Shown here piece by piece: positions 1-8,623 of a stretch of 60,617 nt of DNA. A program made the position numbers and the translations under genes. Each line of letters begins with the position of its first letter. The stretch's first letter is position 1. The notes below the pieces were generated by a model. It had not been told where the DNA came from and did no database searches. It was given only the letters and a program-made list of their open reading frames with translations. Source of the DNA: Candidatus Omnitrophota bacterium (GTDB taxonomy: Bacteria; Omnitrophota; Gorgyraeia; Zapsychrales; Fredricksoniimonadaceae); contig JAGWOI010000014.1 in the NCBI GenBank assembly GCA_028870995.1, forward strand, positions 1-60,617, written 5' to 3'.

Positions 1-524
1 CGTTTTTCTAAAGAAGATTCAACCTTGCTTAGAATACTAACGATTTGCTCTTGAACCGATCTTGGAGGTAAAAAAATTTTAAGATTATCAACATGTTCGT
101 TTCTGAGATTATAAATATTTGCACCAGAAGCAAAACTCGAAATTGTCTGTCTATAATACGGCGTCTTAAAGAAATACGACAAGTATCTTGAGTCAATGTC
201 AGAATTAGGTCTTAGAACTTTACAAAATGCCCCAAAACTACCTTTAAAATCATTTTTAATTTGGGCAGCTTTACCTACAACTGTCATACTTCCACTGGAA
301 GCAGCAATCACGATATCATTTCTTCGTAAAATTTGTGTTTCAGATATATATTTCTCAGGCACATATAATAAGTCTTCATATAATATTTCACCGTCAAGAA
401 TATTATTCGCTCTTAAAATAGGCAAATATTTATCTCTTGACTCCTTTATTGCTTCTTGGCCATTATAGGAAACACCTCTAATCTGCTTTGCAACATCACT
501 TATAGAAACATAAGAAGATTTCAT
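1..524 (-). CDS. hsdS: Type I restriction-modification specificity subunit (5' part; runs off window edge)
   Basis: Not in the ORF track. Manual translation from ATG at 524 (TAATG overlap with hsdM stop): MKSSYVSISDVAKQIRGVSY...LPILRANNI...DIVIAASSGS...VGKAA...ASGANIYNL...LKIFLPPRSVQEQIVSIL, a TRD followed by the conserved LPP..Q..IV helix. Confidence 0.92.
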   Translation of the reverse strand, partial: MKSSYVSISDVAKQIRGVSYNGQEAIKESRDKYLPILRANNILDGEILYEDLLYVPEKYISETQILRRNDIVIAASSGSMTVVGKAAQIKNDFKGSFGAFCKVLRPNSDIDSRYLSYFFKTPYYRQTISSFASGANIYNLRNEHVDNLKIFLPPRSVQEQIVSILSKVESSLEK

Positions 525-2020
525 TATATTATTTCTTCTAATTCTGAAAGACACTGGATTATTTCCTGATTAAGAATCTTTATTCTTTTTAATTGGGCTC
601 TCGGCGAATCGTAGCTTACTTCTTCATACACAACCGGCTTATAGCGGGAAATGGAAAGATCATATTTATTCTCTTTGATCTCCTTGGCATCCACCCAAAA
701 CCACTTCTCCCCTTTTCCGGGCGTCTTTTTCCTATCCCGCGTATTCCATTTTTTGATAATATCAGGAATGTCGTTTTTATCCGGTGTTTTGGTGCGCTTA
801 TCATCCAGGGAATAGCCGTCGGCCTGCATGTCATAGAACCAGACCTTGTCAGTTTTACCGCCCTTAGCAAATATGATAATTGCGGTGGAAACGCCGGCAT
901 AAGGCTTAAAAACACCTGAAGGCATTTTAATAATACCCTGCAATTCGTTGTCTTCCACCAGTCTTTGACGCGCTTCCTTATGCGCGTTGGAAGAACCGAA
1001 TAACACGCCATCCGGCACAATGACCCCGCATTTGCCACCCACCACCATGATTTCTTCAAAAAGATTTAAAAATAAAAGTTCAGTCTTGGTTGTCTTTAGC
1101 TTTAGACGATCGGAAATGTCGCCTTTATCGATATTGCCCTTAAAAGGCGGATTGGCGAGCACGATTTCATACTTTTCTTTCTCTTCATAGCCCTTGGAAA
1201 GCGTATCTTTATATTGGATATCCGGCTTGTCAATGCCGTGCAGGATGGCGTTCATCAAGGCAATACGCACCATGGTTGTATCAAAATCAAAGCCATGCAA
1301 AGCACGTTCCTTCAAGAAAGTCCTTTGCTTTTTATCGGTGATCTTGTCCCCCACCAAGTGGTGAGGAACACCGTCTTCATCATATTCAAGAACATCCGGT
1401 GAAGTGTTTTCTTTAAGAATATGCTGATAGGCATTGATCAAAAAGCCGCCGGTGCCGCAGGCCGGATCGCAGATGCGGTCGCCTAAAACCGGATTGACCA
1501 ATTCCACCATCATGCGGATGATATGCCTTGGCGTGCGGAATTGACCATTTTTCCCTGAAGTTTGCAATTCGCTAAGCAAATATTCGTAAATATCGCCTTG
1601 TGTGTCCTGATTTTGCTGGGTGATGTTTAATTCATCGATAAGACGCACGGATTCCTGCAGCAAGGAAGGCTTAGGGATCATAAACACCGCGTCCTTCATG
1701 GCCTTGCTAAATTCACCATCTTCGCCTTTTAAGATCTTTATAAAGGGAAATACCTTATCCCGCACATGGGTCAACATTTCCTCGGCAGGCATGTTGATCC
1801 AATAAGACCAACGGCAATTCTCTTGGCCTTTATAAATGGAAATATATTTCTCATTGCGCCTTTCCGCAGCTTTTTTATGCACCAGGTCCATGTCTTCCAG
1901 ACGACGCATAAAAATGAGATAGGAAATCTGCTCAATGGCGGTCAGGGGATTGGCAATGCCGCCTTCCCAGAATTTGTTCCAAAGCCGTTTGATTTGATTC
2001 TTTAATTCAGGTGCAAGCAT
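524..2020 (-). CDS. hsdM: Type I R-M N6-adenine methyltransferase subunit
   Basis: GQFRTPRHI, DPACGTGGFL (motif I), NPPF (motif IV). Start set at MLAPEL (2020). Confidence 0.96.
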   Translation of the reverse strand: MLAPELKNQIKRLWNKFWEGGIANPLTAIEQISYLIFMRRLEDMDLVHKKAAERRNEKYISIYKGQENCRWSYWINMPAEEMLTHVRDKVFPFIKILKGEDGEFSKAMKDAVFMIPKPSLLQESVRLIDELNITQQNQDTQGDIYEYLLSELQTSGKNGQFRTPRHIIRMMVELVNPVLGDRICDPACGTGGFLINAYQHILKENTSPDVLEYDEDGVPHHLVGDKITDKKQRTFLKERALHGFDFDTTMVRIALMNAILHGIDKPDIQYKDTLSKGYEEKEKYEIVLANPPFKGNIDKGDISDRLKLKTTKTELLFLNLFEEIMVVGGKCGVIVPDGVLFGSSNAHKEARQRLVEDNELQGIIKMPSGVFKPYAGVSTAIIIFAKGGKTDKVWFYDMQADGYSLDDKRTKTPDKNDIPDIIKKWNTRDRKKTPGKGEKWFWVDAKEIKENKYDLSISRYKPVVYEEVSYDSPRAQLKRIKILNQEIIQCLSELEEII

Positions 2021-2021
2021 G

Positions 2022-3065
2022 TTAACCCTTTCTACGCCATTTGGCCCCGCGCCCCATGCCGGTAGATGAAATCTGGCCGGCATCGCGCAATTCACGCAGG
2101 ACAAGGCGGATCATGTCCCGGCTTATATGAGGACATTCTTTCTCAATTTCAGTAATCGAAAATGGCTTAATGGCTTTATTCACAAATGCTTTGATGAGGT
2201 CGGTCTTCGAGACTTCATCACGGAATATTCCAACCCTTGACTCGAATTCTTTATAGGCGGCAATCAACACCCCGTAAAAATACCGCAGCCATGGCTCGGC
2301 ATTGTGAGCGGCTTGATGCCAGCCTTTTGAAGATGTTTCCAATGTTTCGTAATAGGTCTCTTTGCTGTCCTCAATAACTCTTTCCAAGCTGATATATTTG
2401 CCAACCTTATACCCTGCCTGGTACAAAAGTAACAAGCTTATCAAGCGGGCTGTACGTCCATTTCCGTCTTGAAACGGATGAATACACAAATAATCCAAAA
2501 CAAAAAGCGGTATCAAAATAAGAGAAGAAATCCCCTCCTGTTTATTGACATAAAGATACCGATCAACCAGGGCACTCATGTAATCATAGGTTTGGCTGGC
2601 CGATGGTGGCTGAAAACGCAGGCGGATACTGCCATCCTTCATGCGGTCAACGATTTTATTATCTTCCCGCTTGAATGATCCGCCAGACTGCTGAGTGTAC
2701 TTATATAAAAATTCGTGAAACATCAAGATCGAATTTAGAGAAACCGGCACTGCGCTAAAATTTGTATGGATATAGTCTAAAGCATCCCTGTAGCCTGCCA
2801 CCTCTTCTTCAGGACGGCTGCGCGGCGTTGATTGCTGCTGCACAATATCGATAATGCGCTCATGTTTGACATCAATGCCTTCAATCCGGTTGGAAGACTC
2901 GACACTTTCGACCTTTGCCCGCTCAACGAGCCTCTCCAGAACGTCGGGAGACTGCCTGGTATAAAGAGCTTCCTTGCCCTTATATTCAGACAAGGCATTG
3001 GTCATATTGAGCAATTGCGGTGTTATATGCAGGCCATTTAAATATTCTTGCGAGAAAGATTTCAT
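2022..3065 (-). CDS. Fic-domain protein (class II) with C-terminal winged HTH
   Basis: HPFQDGNGRTAR Fic motif, SSNRIEG inhibitory motif, C-terminal FSITEIEKECPHISRDMIRLVLRELRDAG..GMGRGAKW. Confidence 0.93.
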   Translation of the reverse strand: MKSFSQEYLNGLHITPQLLNMTNALSEYKGKEALYTRQSPDVLERLVERAKVESVESSNRIEGIDVKHERIIDIVQQQSTPRSRPEEEVAGYRDALDYIHTNFSAVPVSLNSILMFHEFLYKYTQQSGGSFKREDNKIVDRMKDGSIRLRFQPPSASQTYDYMSALVDRYLYVNKQEGISSLILIPLFVLDYLCIHPFQDGNGRTARLISLLLLYQAGYKVGKYISLERVIEDSKETYYETLETSSKGWHQAAHNAEPWLRYFYGVLIAAYKEFESRVGIFRDEVSKTDLIKAFVNKAIKPFSITEIEKECPHISRDMIRLVLRELRDAGQISSTGMGRGAKWRRKG

Positions 3066-5851
3066 TTAAGCGGCACCTTTTCATTGAGGAATTCCAATAC
3101 TTCTTTAAGATCATCCTTTGAGAATAAGCGTTCTGCCGCACCCGTACCAAAGGCTTCTACCGGGCCCTCATAGAAATCGTCGATGACCAGCAATTCATGG
3201 CGGCGGACCTTGGCCAGAAAGACGCTCTTAATAACGCGTAAAAACCGCGTTTGGTCAGTGTTATAGTTATGCGCAATAATAAAAGCATCAAAGCTCTCGG
3301 AAATCTGATCTTCCTGGCTTTTGAATTTGTATTTGCCAAAAATCGACTTGATAAATTGCACCAAGGTTCCTTCAGGCTGCTTGTAAACCTCCCTAAGCTT
3401 TTCTTCGGTTATGTATAAATCAGGGCTGTTAAGGGTTTTTTCCAATTCTTCCAAATCCTGGTCATTAACCGGCTGATCGTTACGAAGTTTGGAGACAGCT
3501 TCCTGCTTTTCAGCAAGGTCTTTAATATGCTTCTCAACTTTTTCCTTATAAATATGAACGTATTCTCCCTCGCCATTAGGCCCGAATTCTATCCATTTAC
3601 GTTCGAGGATTTCATCATCCAAATCAAATTCGATGATCTTTTGGCCGTCTTTGCGCTTATATTTCATTATCGGTGAAAGCTTGCTCTTAGCATCCCGGAT
3701 ATTATCTATACTTAAAGACGACCAGAAAGCATCCGATGACATTTTGTATATTGCTTCCTCATGGCGCTTAACGACCTGAAGAGTCATAGGCAGCAGGCGC
3801 AGGTCATCTTTGACAATGTTTTTGAGGTCAAGAATGCGGCGTTCATCCTGATTTAAATGAGCTAATTCCAACTGTTCACACTTTAAAATGAATGAATATT
3901 CATCATAATTGACATCTTCGAGGAAACGCATCAAAGGCGCCACGTGGTCATAAAGAAAATCAGTATCGATATTCTTCCAGAATTCAGGGCTTGATAATCT
4001 TTGCAAAACATCCTTTCGCTCCTTGACACTGATAGAGTCTTTCGGAAGCAGATCAATCATCATCTTTAATTCGTTGATGATATGGCGAACTTCGGTATGA
4101 TCGCCTCTATTGTGATAAAACCGTAACAGATTGATTCTAGCCTTGAATACCCTTGAAGTGATGGCATCTTCGACGGCGGGAGCTTCACCTTCCGGTTTTT
4201 GCCCGAAATATTCAAAATTGTTCCAATGGTCGATAATTAAGAAGTTCTCCTTGTGAGGGCACCAAGGTTTCATATTATTTTTATCCAGAGTCCGTGTGCC
4301 ACGTCCGATCATCTGCCAGAATTTGATTTTGCTGAAAACGGGTTTGGCAAAAACCAAATTGACGACCTCTCTGACATCAACGCCGGTATCGAGCATGTCC
4401 ACCGAAATGGCAATGCGCGGATAGCTGTCATTCTCAAAACGCGTCAAAAAGCCATCGGCCCTGGAATCTTCAGAAACAACAACTTCAGCAAGCCTTCCTT
4501 TATATTGTGGATAAAGCCTATCAAAAGCATCCAAAAGCCGGTACGCATGATTCTTGGTCATGGCAAAGTAAATTGTTTTTCCGGGCAAGGTTCCCGTATC
4601 GTCTTTGGTACATACCTCCATGAACTCCCGAACCATCGCCTCATGGGTGCCGGTATTTGTAAAACGCTTCTCAAACTCCGTGCCTTCAAAGTTCAATTCA
4701 TCGAGCGTCTTGCCCTCTTCCACCAATTTCTTCTTTACTGCCGGCGGAATTTGGTCTTCACGCAGACCTTTAATTTGAAACGATGTTTTGGCATGATAAG
4801 GCACAAAGCCAAGCAGATGTTTTTCTTCAACGGCCTTTTCGTAGGAATAATTAAAGAAATTGTGTTTTATATCCTTCTTCTTTAAGTCCACTTCAAAGAA
4901 CCGGAAGGTATCCCGCTCGATAAATTGTGCAGGAGTGGCGGTAAGGCCGATTTGAATGGCATCGAAATAGGCAAGCACATCCTTCCATTTGTTATAAATG
5001 GAGCGATGGCATTCATCGGCAATCACAAGATCAAAGAATCCGGGAGAAATTTCCTTATAGCATTCCATCATTGTCTGGATGGTGGCTGCATAAAGCCGTT
5101 TCTCGGTATTAAACTTGCCGGAAGTGATTTTGCCGCAGCTTTCCGTAAAAAAACCCTGAAAACCTTTCTTACCATAGGCCTGGTCACGCAGCACCTTGCG
5201 GTCCGTTAAGAATAAAACTGTATTGATACGTTTAGCCCTTAACAGGCAATCAATAGTGGCCATAGCGGTCCGCGTCTTCCCTGTACCCGTTGCCATGACT
5301 AATAAAAACTTACGGCGGCCTTCTTGTATGCCACTTAATACCGTCCGAATGGCCTCCGCCTGATAATCGCGGTCGGCAATTTCAGGGTTTATTTTAATTT
5401 CGTTTAAATTCTTCGCCGCTTCTTGTCTCTGAAAGAATAGCCGCTCTAAATCACGTCTCTCAAAAAAGCCATAAACTAAACGGGGTGGATATCGAAGCCT
5501 GTCCCAAAATAAAATGTCCTCACCATTAGTGAGAAAAATGAACGGTTCGATGCCGAATTTCGCTTTGATATTATCGGCATATCCCTCTGCCTGGCGTTGG
5601 CCTAAGCGCGCACTTTTACTAGTCCTTTTTGCTTCAACAATGGCAAGAGGCAATTCGTTGCGGCCTAACAATAAATAGTCAGCGTATTCATGTTGCGCGC
5701 CATATTCTGCTTGCGGCTCGGAAACCCCCTGTCTTCCCCACACCTTGTCCATCTCATATTCTTCAAGATACTTAACGGGGCCGTTGGGAGACCATAAGGC
5801 CTTTTTTAAGGCCTCATTAATGTAATTTTTTCGAGTTTGCGCTTCGTTCAT
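3062..5851 (-). CDS. hsdR: Type I restriction endonuclease subunit R (EcoEI/EcoAI-like)
   Basis: ADY...VEAK nuclease motif, MATGTGKT, DECHRS, GLTATP, TGVD, QMIGRGTR, EcoEI_R-type C-terminus. Start MNEAQTR. Confidence 0.95.
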   Translation of the reverse strand: MNEAQTRKNYINEALKKALWSPNGPVKYLEEYEMDKVWGRQGVSEPQAEYGAQHEYADYLLLGRNELPLAIVEAKRTSKSARLGQRQAEGYADNIKAKFGIEPFIFLTNGEDILFWDRLRYPPRLVYGFFERRDLERLFFQRQEAAKNLNEIKINPEIADRDYQAEAIRTVLSGIQEGRRKFLLVMATGTGKTRTAMATIDCLLRAKRINTVLFLTDRKVLRDQAYGKKGFQGFFTESCGKITSGKFNTEKRLYAATIQTMMECYKEISPGFFDLVIADECHRSIYNKWKDVLAYFDAIQIGLTATPAQFIERDTFRFFEVDLKKKDIKHNFFNYSYEKAVEEKHLLGFVPYHAKTSFQIKGLREDQIPPAVKKKLVEEGKTLDELNFEGTEFEKRFTNTGTHEAMVREFMEVCTKDDTGTLPGKTIYFAMTKNHAYRLLDAFDRLYPQYKGRLAEVVVSEDSRADGFLTRFENDSYPRIAISVDMLDTGVDVREVVNLVFAKPVFSKIKFWQMIGRGTRTLDKNNMKPWCPHKENFLIIDHWNNFEYFGQKPEGEAPAVEDAITSRVFKARINLLRFYHNRGDHTEVRHIINELKMMIDLLPKDSISVKERKDVLQRLSSPEFWKNIDTDFLYDHVAPLMRFLEDVNYDEYSFILKCEQLELAHLNQDERRILDLKNIVKDDLRLLPMTLQVVKRHEEAIYKMSSDAFWSSLSIDNIRDAKSKLSPIMKYKRKDGQKIIEFDLDDEILERKWIEFGPNGEGEYVHIYKEKVEKHIKDLAEKQEAVSKLRNDQPVNDQDLEELEKTLNSPDLYITEEKLREVYKQPEGTLVQFIKSIFGKYKFKSQEDQISESFDAFIIAHNYNTDQTRFLRVIKSVFLAKVRRHELLVIDDFYEGPVEAFGTGAAERLFSKDDLKEVLEFLNEKVPLK

Positions 5852-5861
5852 ATCTGGGTAA

Positions 5862-5905
5862 AATATAGCACTAAGTAGGTAATATGTCAAATTATTACCT
5901 ACTTA
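5862..5905 (-). promoter_or_regulatory. sigma70 promoter of hsdR operon with 12-bp inverted repeat straddling the -35
   Basis: TTGACA (5885-5890), N17, TGcTATATT (5862-5870). IR TAAGTAGGTAAT (5872-5883) / ATTACCTACTTA (5894-5905). Confidence 0.7.
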
Positions 5906-5910
5906 TAACT

Positions 5911-6591
5911 TCATTTACCTACATTAAAGCTGTAAAAAGAATTATTCCCGATAATGATATGGTCTAAAACTTTTATTTCCATCAAGTCGCCAGCCTCAAA
6001 AAGACGAGATGTGAAAATCTTATCTTCCACACTTGGCGCAGGATCGCCCCCTGGATGGTTATGAACACAAATAAGAGCTGAAGCAAAGTTAGCCAAAGCC
6101 TTTTGAAAGATTTCTCTTATGACAGGATTAGCTTTATTAACAGTTCCTTCAGTTATATCTACTACTGCAATAACTCGATTCTGAGCATTAAGAAGCACTG
6201 CTTTGAAAACCTCAATCTTTAAATCCCTCATGCGGGGCATTAAAAGACCGACAATATCTTTAGCGTTTTTAATGCGTGGTCGAACCTCCTTTAATTCCTC
6301 TTCACGGAAACGTCTTCCTATTTCAATAGCAGCTTTGATTTGAGATAATTTTGCCGGCCCCAAACCTTTAAACTCGCCCCAAACAAGCGAATCAACTTGG
6401 CTTAAGACCCGGAATGACCCAAAACGATCAAGAATATTCCGGGCCAAATCGATCACGCTAATTCCTTTTATACCTGTCCTTAATAAAATTGAGAGAAGTT
6501 CAGAATCGCTTAAAGCCCTTTCGCCCAATTTAAGAAGTTTCTCTCTCGGACGATCATCAACAGGCCAGCGTTTGATTGCAGAATTAGACAT
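5911..6591 (-). CDS. radC: RadC family JAB/MPN protein
   Basis: RPREKL...LSDSELL N-terminus, HhH GLGPAK, HNHPGGDPAPSVED, LDHIIIG. Confidence 0.95.
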   Translation of the reverse strand: MSNSAIKRWPVDDRPREKLLKLGERALSDSELLSILLRTGIKGISVIDLARNILDRFGSFRVLSQVDSLVWGEFKGLGPAKLSQIKAAIEIGRRFREEELKEVRPRIKNAKDIVGLLMPRMRDLKIEVFKAVLLNAQNRVIAVVDITEGTVNKANPVIREIFQKALANFASALICVHNHPGGDPAPSVEDKIFTSRLFEAGDLMEIKVLDHIIIGNNSFYSFNVGK

Positions 6592-6701
6592 AGCACTCCC
6601 TGCCGATTAGTAATTATCTTGTCAGACATGGGGGAATGCTGAGAAATGGATTATATCACATAATGCCGTAATACAAAAAAATCAAATCAACTTAGAAACG
6701 A

Positions 6702-7574
6702 TTAGCGGTAGGGCCGGGACCAGAACTTGAGCTTCCTCTTCCTCACCGGTGTGCCGCGGCGGAAATGCTGGGCCAGCTGGTGGATGAAATACCAAAACTC
6801 CTTCTCGGTCAGGTCGCCTTTCATCCTATTAACCAGCGCTAAGGTGACTACAATCTTTCTGGGATCACGGGGACTCCAATGGTCGAAAACGAGATACCAG
6901 GGGCTTTTGGGGTCATCGGTATCCAAATCCATGCCCGTGTAATAATCGACAAAACCATAATGATGCAAGTATGTCCAAACACCCTCAATGGCCTGGCGAG
7001 TAAAACGCGCCCGTTGCATCCTGTGCAAGAGACCGGAGCATCTGGCACATAACTTTTGCCTTTTTAATTTCGGCGCCCCGCACACTGGACAGACTTCATC
7101 CCCTACCGGCTTAAGTAAGCACCAATGCACCAACGGTCTTTTTTTTACTTTTAGGTGTTTCTGCCTGTAATCATCTAAAGCGAGTACGTAATACTTAAAA
7201 TCTTTCGGTATAAGAGTAAATTTAATATCATTCACCAATGCCGAGGCGGGCACCATCCTGGTTTTATCACCAGGAACCAATTGGCTGAACACCAAATACC
7301 AGGCAGAGGCGTAATCATCTGTCTCCAAGGTCATTCCACTATAATGACATCGACGGCCATGCTTGCGTATCCAGGACCAAAAATATTTCTTACCTTGGGG
7401 TGGAATTCGTTCGTGTATGAGCCGCTGGTCCAAAACGGAACAGGCAGGGCAGTATGTCAACAGATGATGAAAAATCCTGATCTTCTTGCCGCAGCCGCGG
7501 CATTTGACGTATTTGCTGGCCACATATGGATTGCGGCGGCCTTTCATTTTAGAAAAATCATATTCTTTTCTCAT
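6702..7574 (-). CDS. Internally duplicated Zn-ribbon + HNH-like nuclease protein
   Basis: Two units, each CxxC..CxxC followed by Y(S/T)GM.L.TDD..S.WYLVF..; the second has FDH...VNRMK. Start probably MRKEYDFS. Confidence 0.6.
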   Translation of the reverse strand: MRKEYDFSKMKGRRNPYVASKYVKCRGCGKKIRIFHHLLTYCPACSVLDQRLIHERIPPQGKKYFWSWIRKHGRRCHYSGMTLETDDYASAWYLVFSQLVPGDKTRMVPASALVNDIKFTLIPKDFKYYVLALDDYRQKHLKVKKRPLVHWCLLKPVGDEVCPVCGAPKLKRQKLCARCSGLLHRMQRARFTRQAIEGVWTYLHHYGFVDYYTGMDLDTDDPKSPWYLVFDHWSPRDPRKIVVTLALVNRMKGDLTEKEFWYFIHQLAQHFRRGTPVRKRKLKFWSRPYR

Positions 7575-7590
7575 GATCCCCGCTCCCAAT

Positions 7591-7629
7591 TTACACTACA
7601 AGTATCAAAGCTTGGTATTTGTAGTGTAA
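7591..7629. repeat. Inverted repeat TTACACTACAA-N17-TTGTAGTGTAA
   Basis: Perfect 11-bp arms filling most of the gap between the two small island genes. Confidence 0.75.
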
Positions 7630-7950
7630 TTATATTGGCTCTTTTCCACGTAAAGCCCCCCTCAAGAACTTCACCTGTTTTTTAAGCTTAGACAAGGCGT
7701 TTCGGTATTTGGCCCTTAAGCTTTTGGCCTCTTGGTATTGCCTAATTTCTTCCTGAGAAGATTTGCCTTTATAAATATAAACGACTTTAGGGCCTTGCCG
7801 TTTGGCGACATAGTAGTAGTCATGGTTGCGGATCTTCTTTTTGACCAGGCAGCCTTCAGGCAGTTTATTCAAAGCAGATTCGTAGCCCTTCTGCACCCTT
7901 AAAGAGCGCTCCAACTCCTCCGCCAGAACGCCTTTGATCACGCCTCTCAT
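7630..7950 (-). CDS. Small basic protein, DUF6788-like
   Basis: LPEGCLVKKKIRNHDYYYVAKRQGPKVVYIYKGK core between predicted helices. AGGAG RBS upstream. Confidence 0.65.
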   Translation of the reverse strand: MRGVIKGVLAEELERSLRVQKGYESALNKLPEGCLVKKKIRNHDYYYVAKRQGPKVVYIYKGKSSQEEIRQYQEAKSLRAKYRNALSKLKKQVKFLRGALRGKEPI

Positions 7951-7964
7951 ACATCTTCTCCTTT

Positions 7965-8063
7965 TTACCTAACAATATTAACTAAATTATATTATGTTGG
8001 GTAACAATTGTCAACTTTAGTAATTACCTAACAAATATAATTATATCATATTTTGTTAGGTAA
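7965..8063 (-). promoter_or_regulatory. Consensus sigma70 promoter embedded in two tandem 40-bp inverted-repeat units
   Basis: TTGACA (8009-8014), N17, TATAAT (7986-7991). Half-sites TTACCTAACA at 7965 and 8024; TGTTRGGTAA at 7995 and 8054. Confidence 0.8.
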
Positions 8064-8134
8064 CATTGTCGTTGATAGGGACACTTCTGTCGTAACTCTT
8101 TGAGTGACAATGGCTCCCGCGGAAACGGTCCAAG

Positions 8135-8623
8135 TTAGAACAATTCCTTGCTCTGTTTATACGGGGGTAGGGCCAACGGGTTTTTGCGGTTGTAGGCGTG
8201 GGGGTCGAAAACCCAGTCAAAGTCGTTCTCACGCTCGGGGTACCACTCGCCGAAGAACTTGACGTCGCCGTTCTTCTTGTTGATGACCACCACATACTGG
8301 GCCTGGCGCAATTGGGTGTAGGTATTCAAATACGCATGTTTGTTCATGGGCTCAAGCCAGTTGTGCCCGAAGACCACAAACCAATAATCGGGATATTTGG
8401 CTGCCAAGGCACCGGTCTTGATGTCCGGATAGGTGACGCGGTAGCTGTCGCGTTCTATGGTATCAATGAGCTTGCGCTGGGCAATGATCTTGGCCTGCTC
8501 CGTGCCCACCGGGCCGGGATGCACCATGCGCTGGTAATTCTTATAAATGGCCTTGGTGGAGGCACAGCCAGCGGCCGTGGCCAGGAAGCACAGCAGCAGC
8601 ACAAAAAATGAACGGTTTTTCAT
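8135..8623 (-). CDS. Hypothetical lipoprotein
   Basis: Signal peptide with lipobox AAGC. ATGA overlap with recO stop. Confidence 0.75.
   Translation of the reverse strand: MKNRSFFVLLLCFLATAAGCASTKAIYKNYQRMVHPGPVGTEQAKIIAQRKLIDTIERDSYRVTYPDIKTGALAAKYPDYWFVVFGHNWLEPMNKHAYLNTYTQLRQAQYVVVINKKNGDVKFFGEWYPERENDFDWVFDPHAYNRKNPLALPPYKQSKELF

Noticed and set aside
196-468. 90-aa plus-strand ORF
   Set aside because: Antisense to hsdS.
7967-8061. Integron attC site (ACCTAAC...GTTAGGT fits RYYYAAC/GTTRRRY)
   Set aside because: No clear L boxes or extrahelical bases, no integrase in the window, and the boxes surround a consensus promoter, so an operator is more parsimonious.
7965-8070. Mini CRISPR array
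   Set aside because: Only two units, spacers are similar AT-rich tracts, and there are no cas genes.
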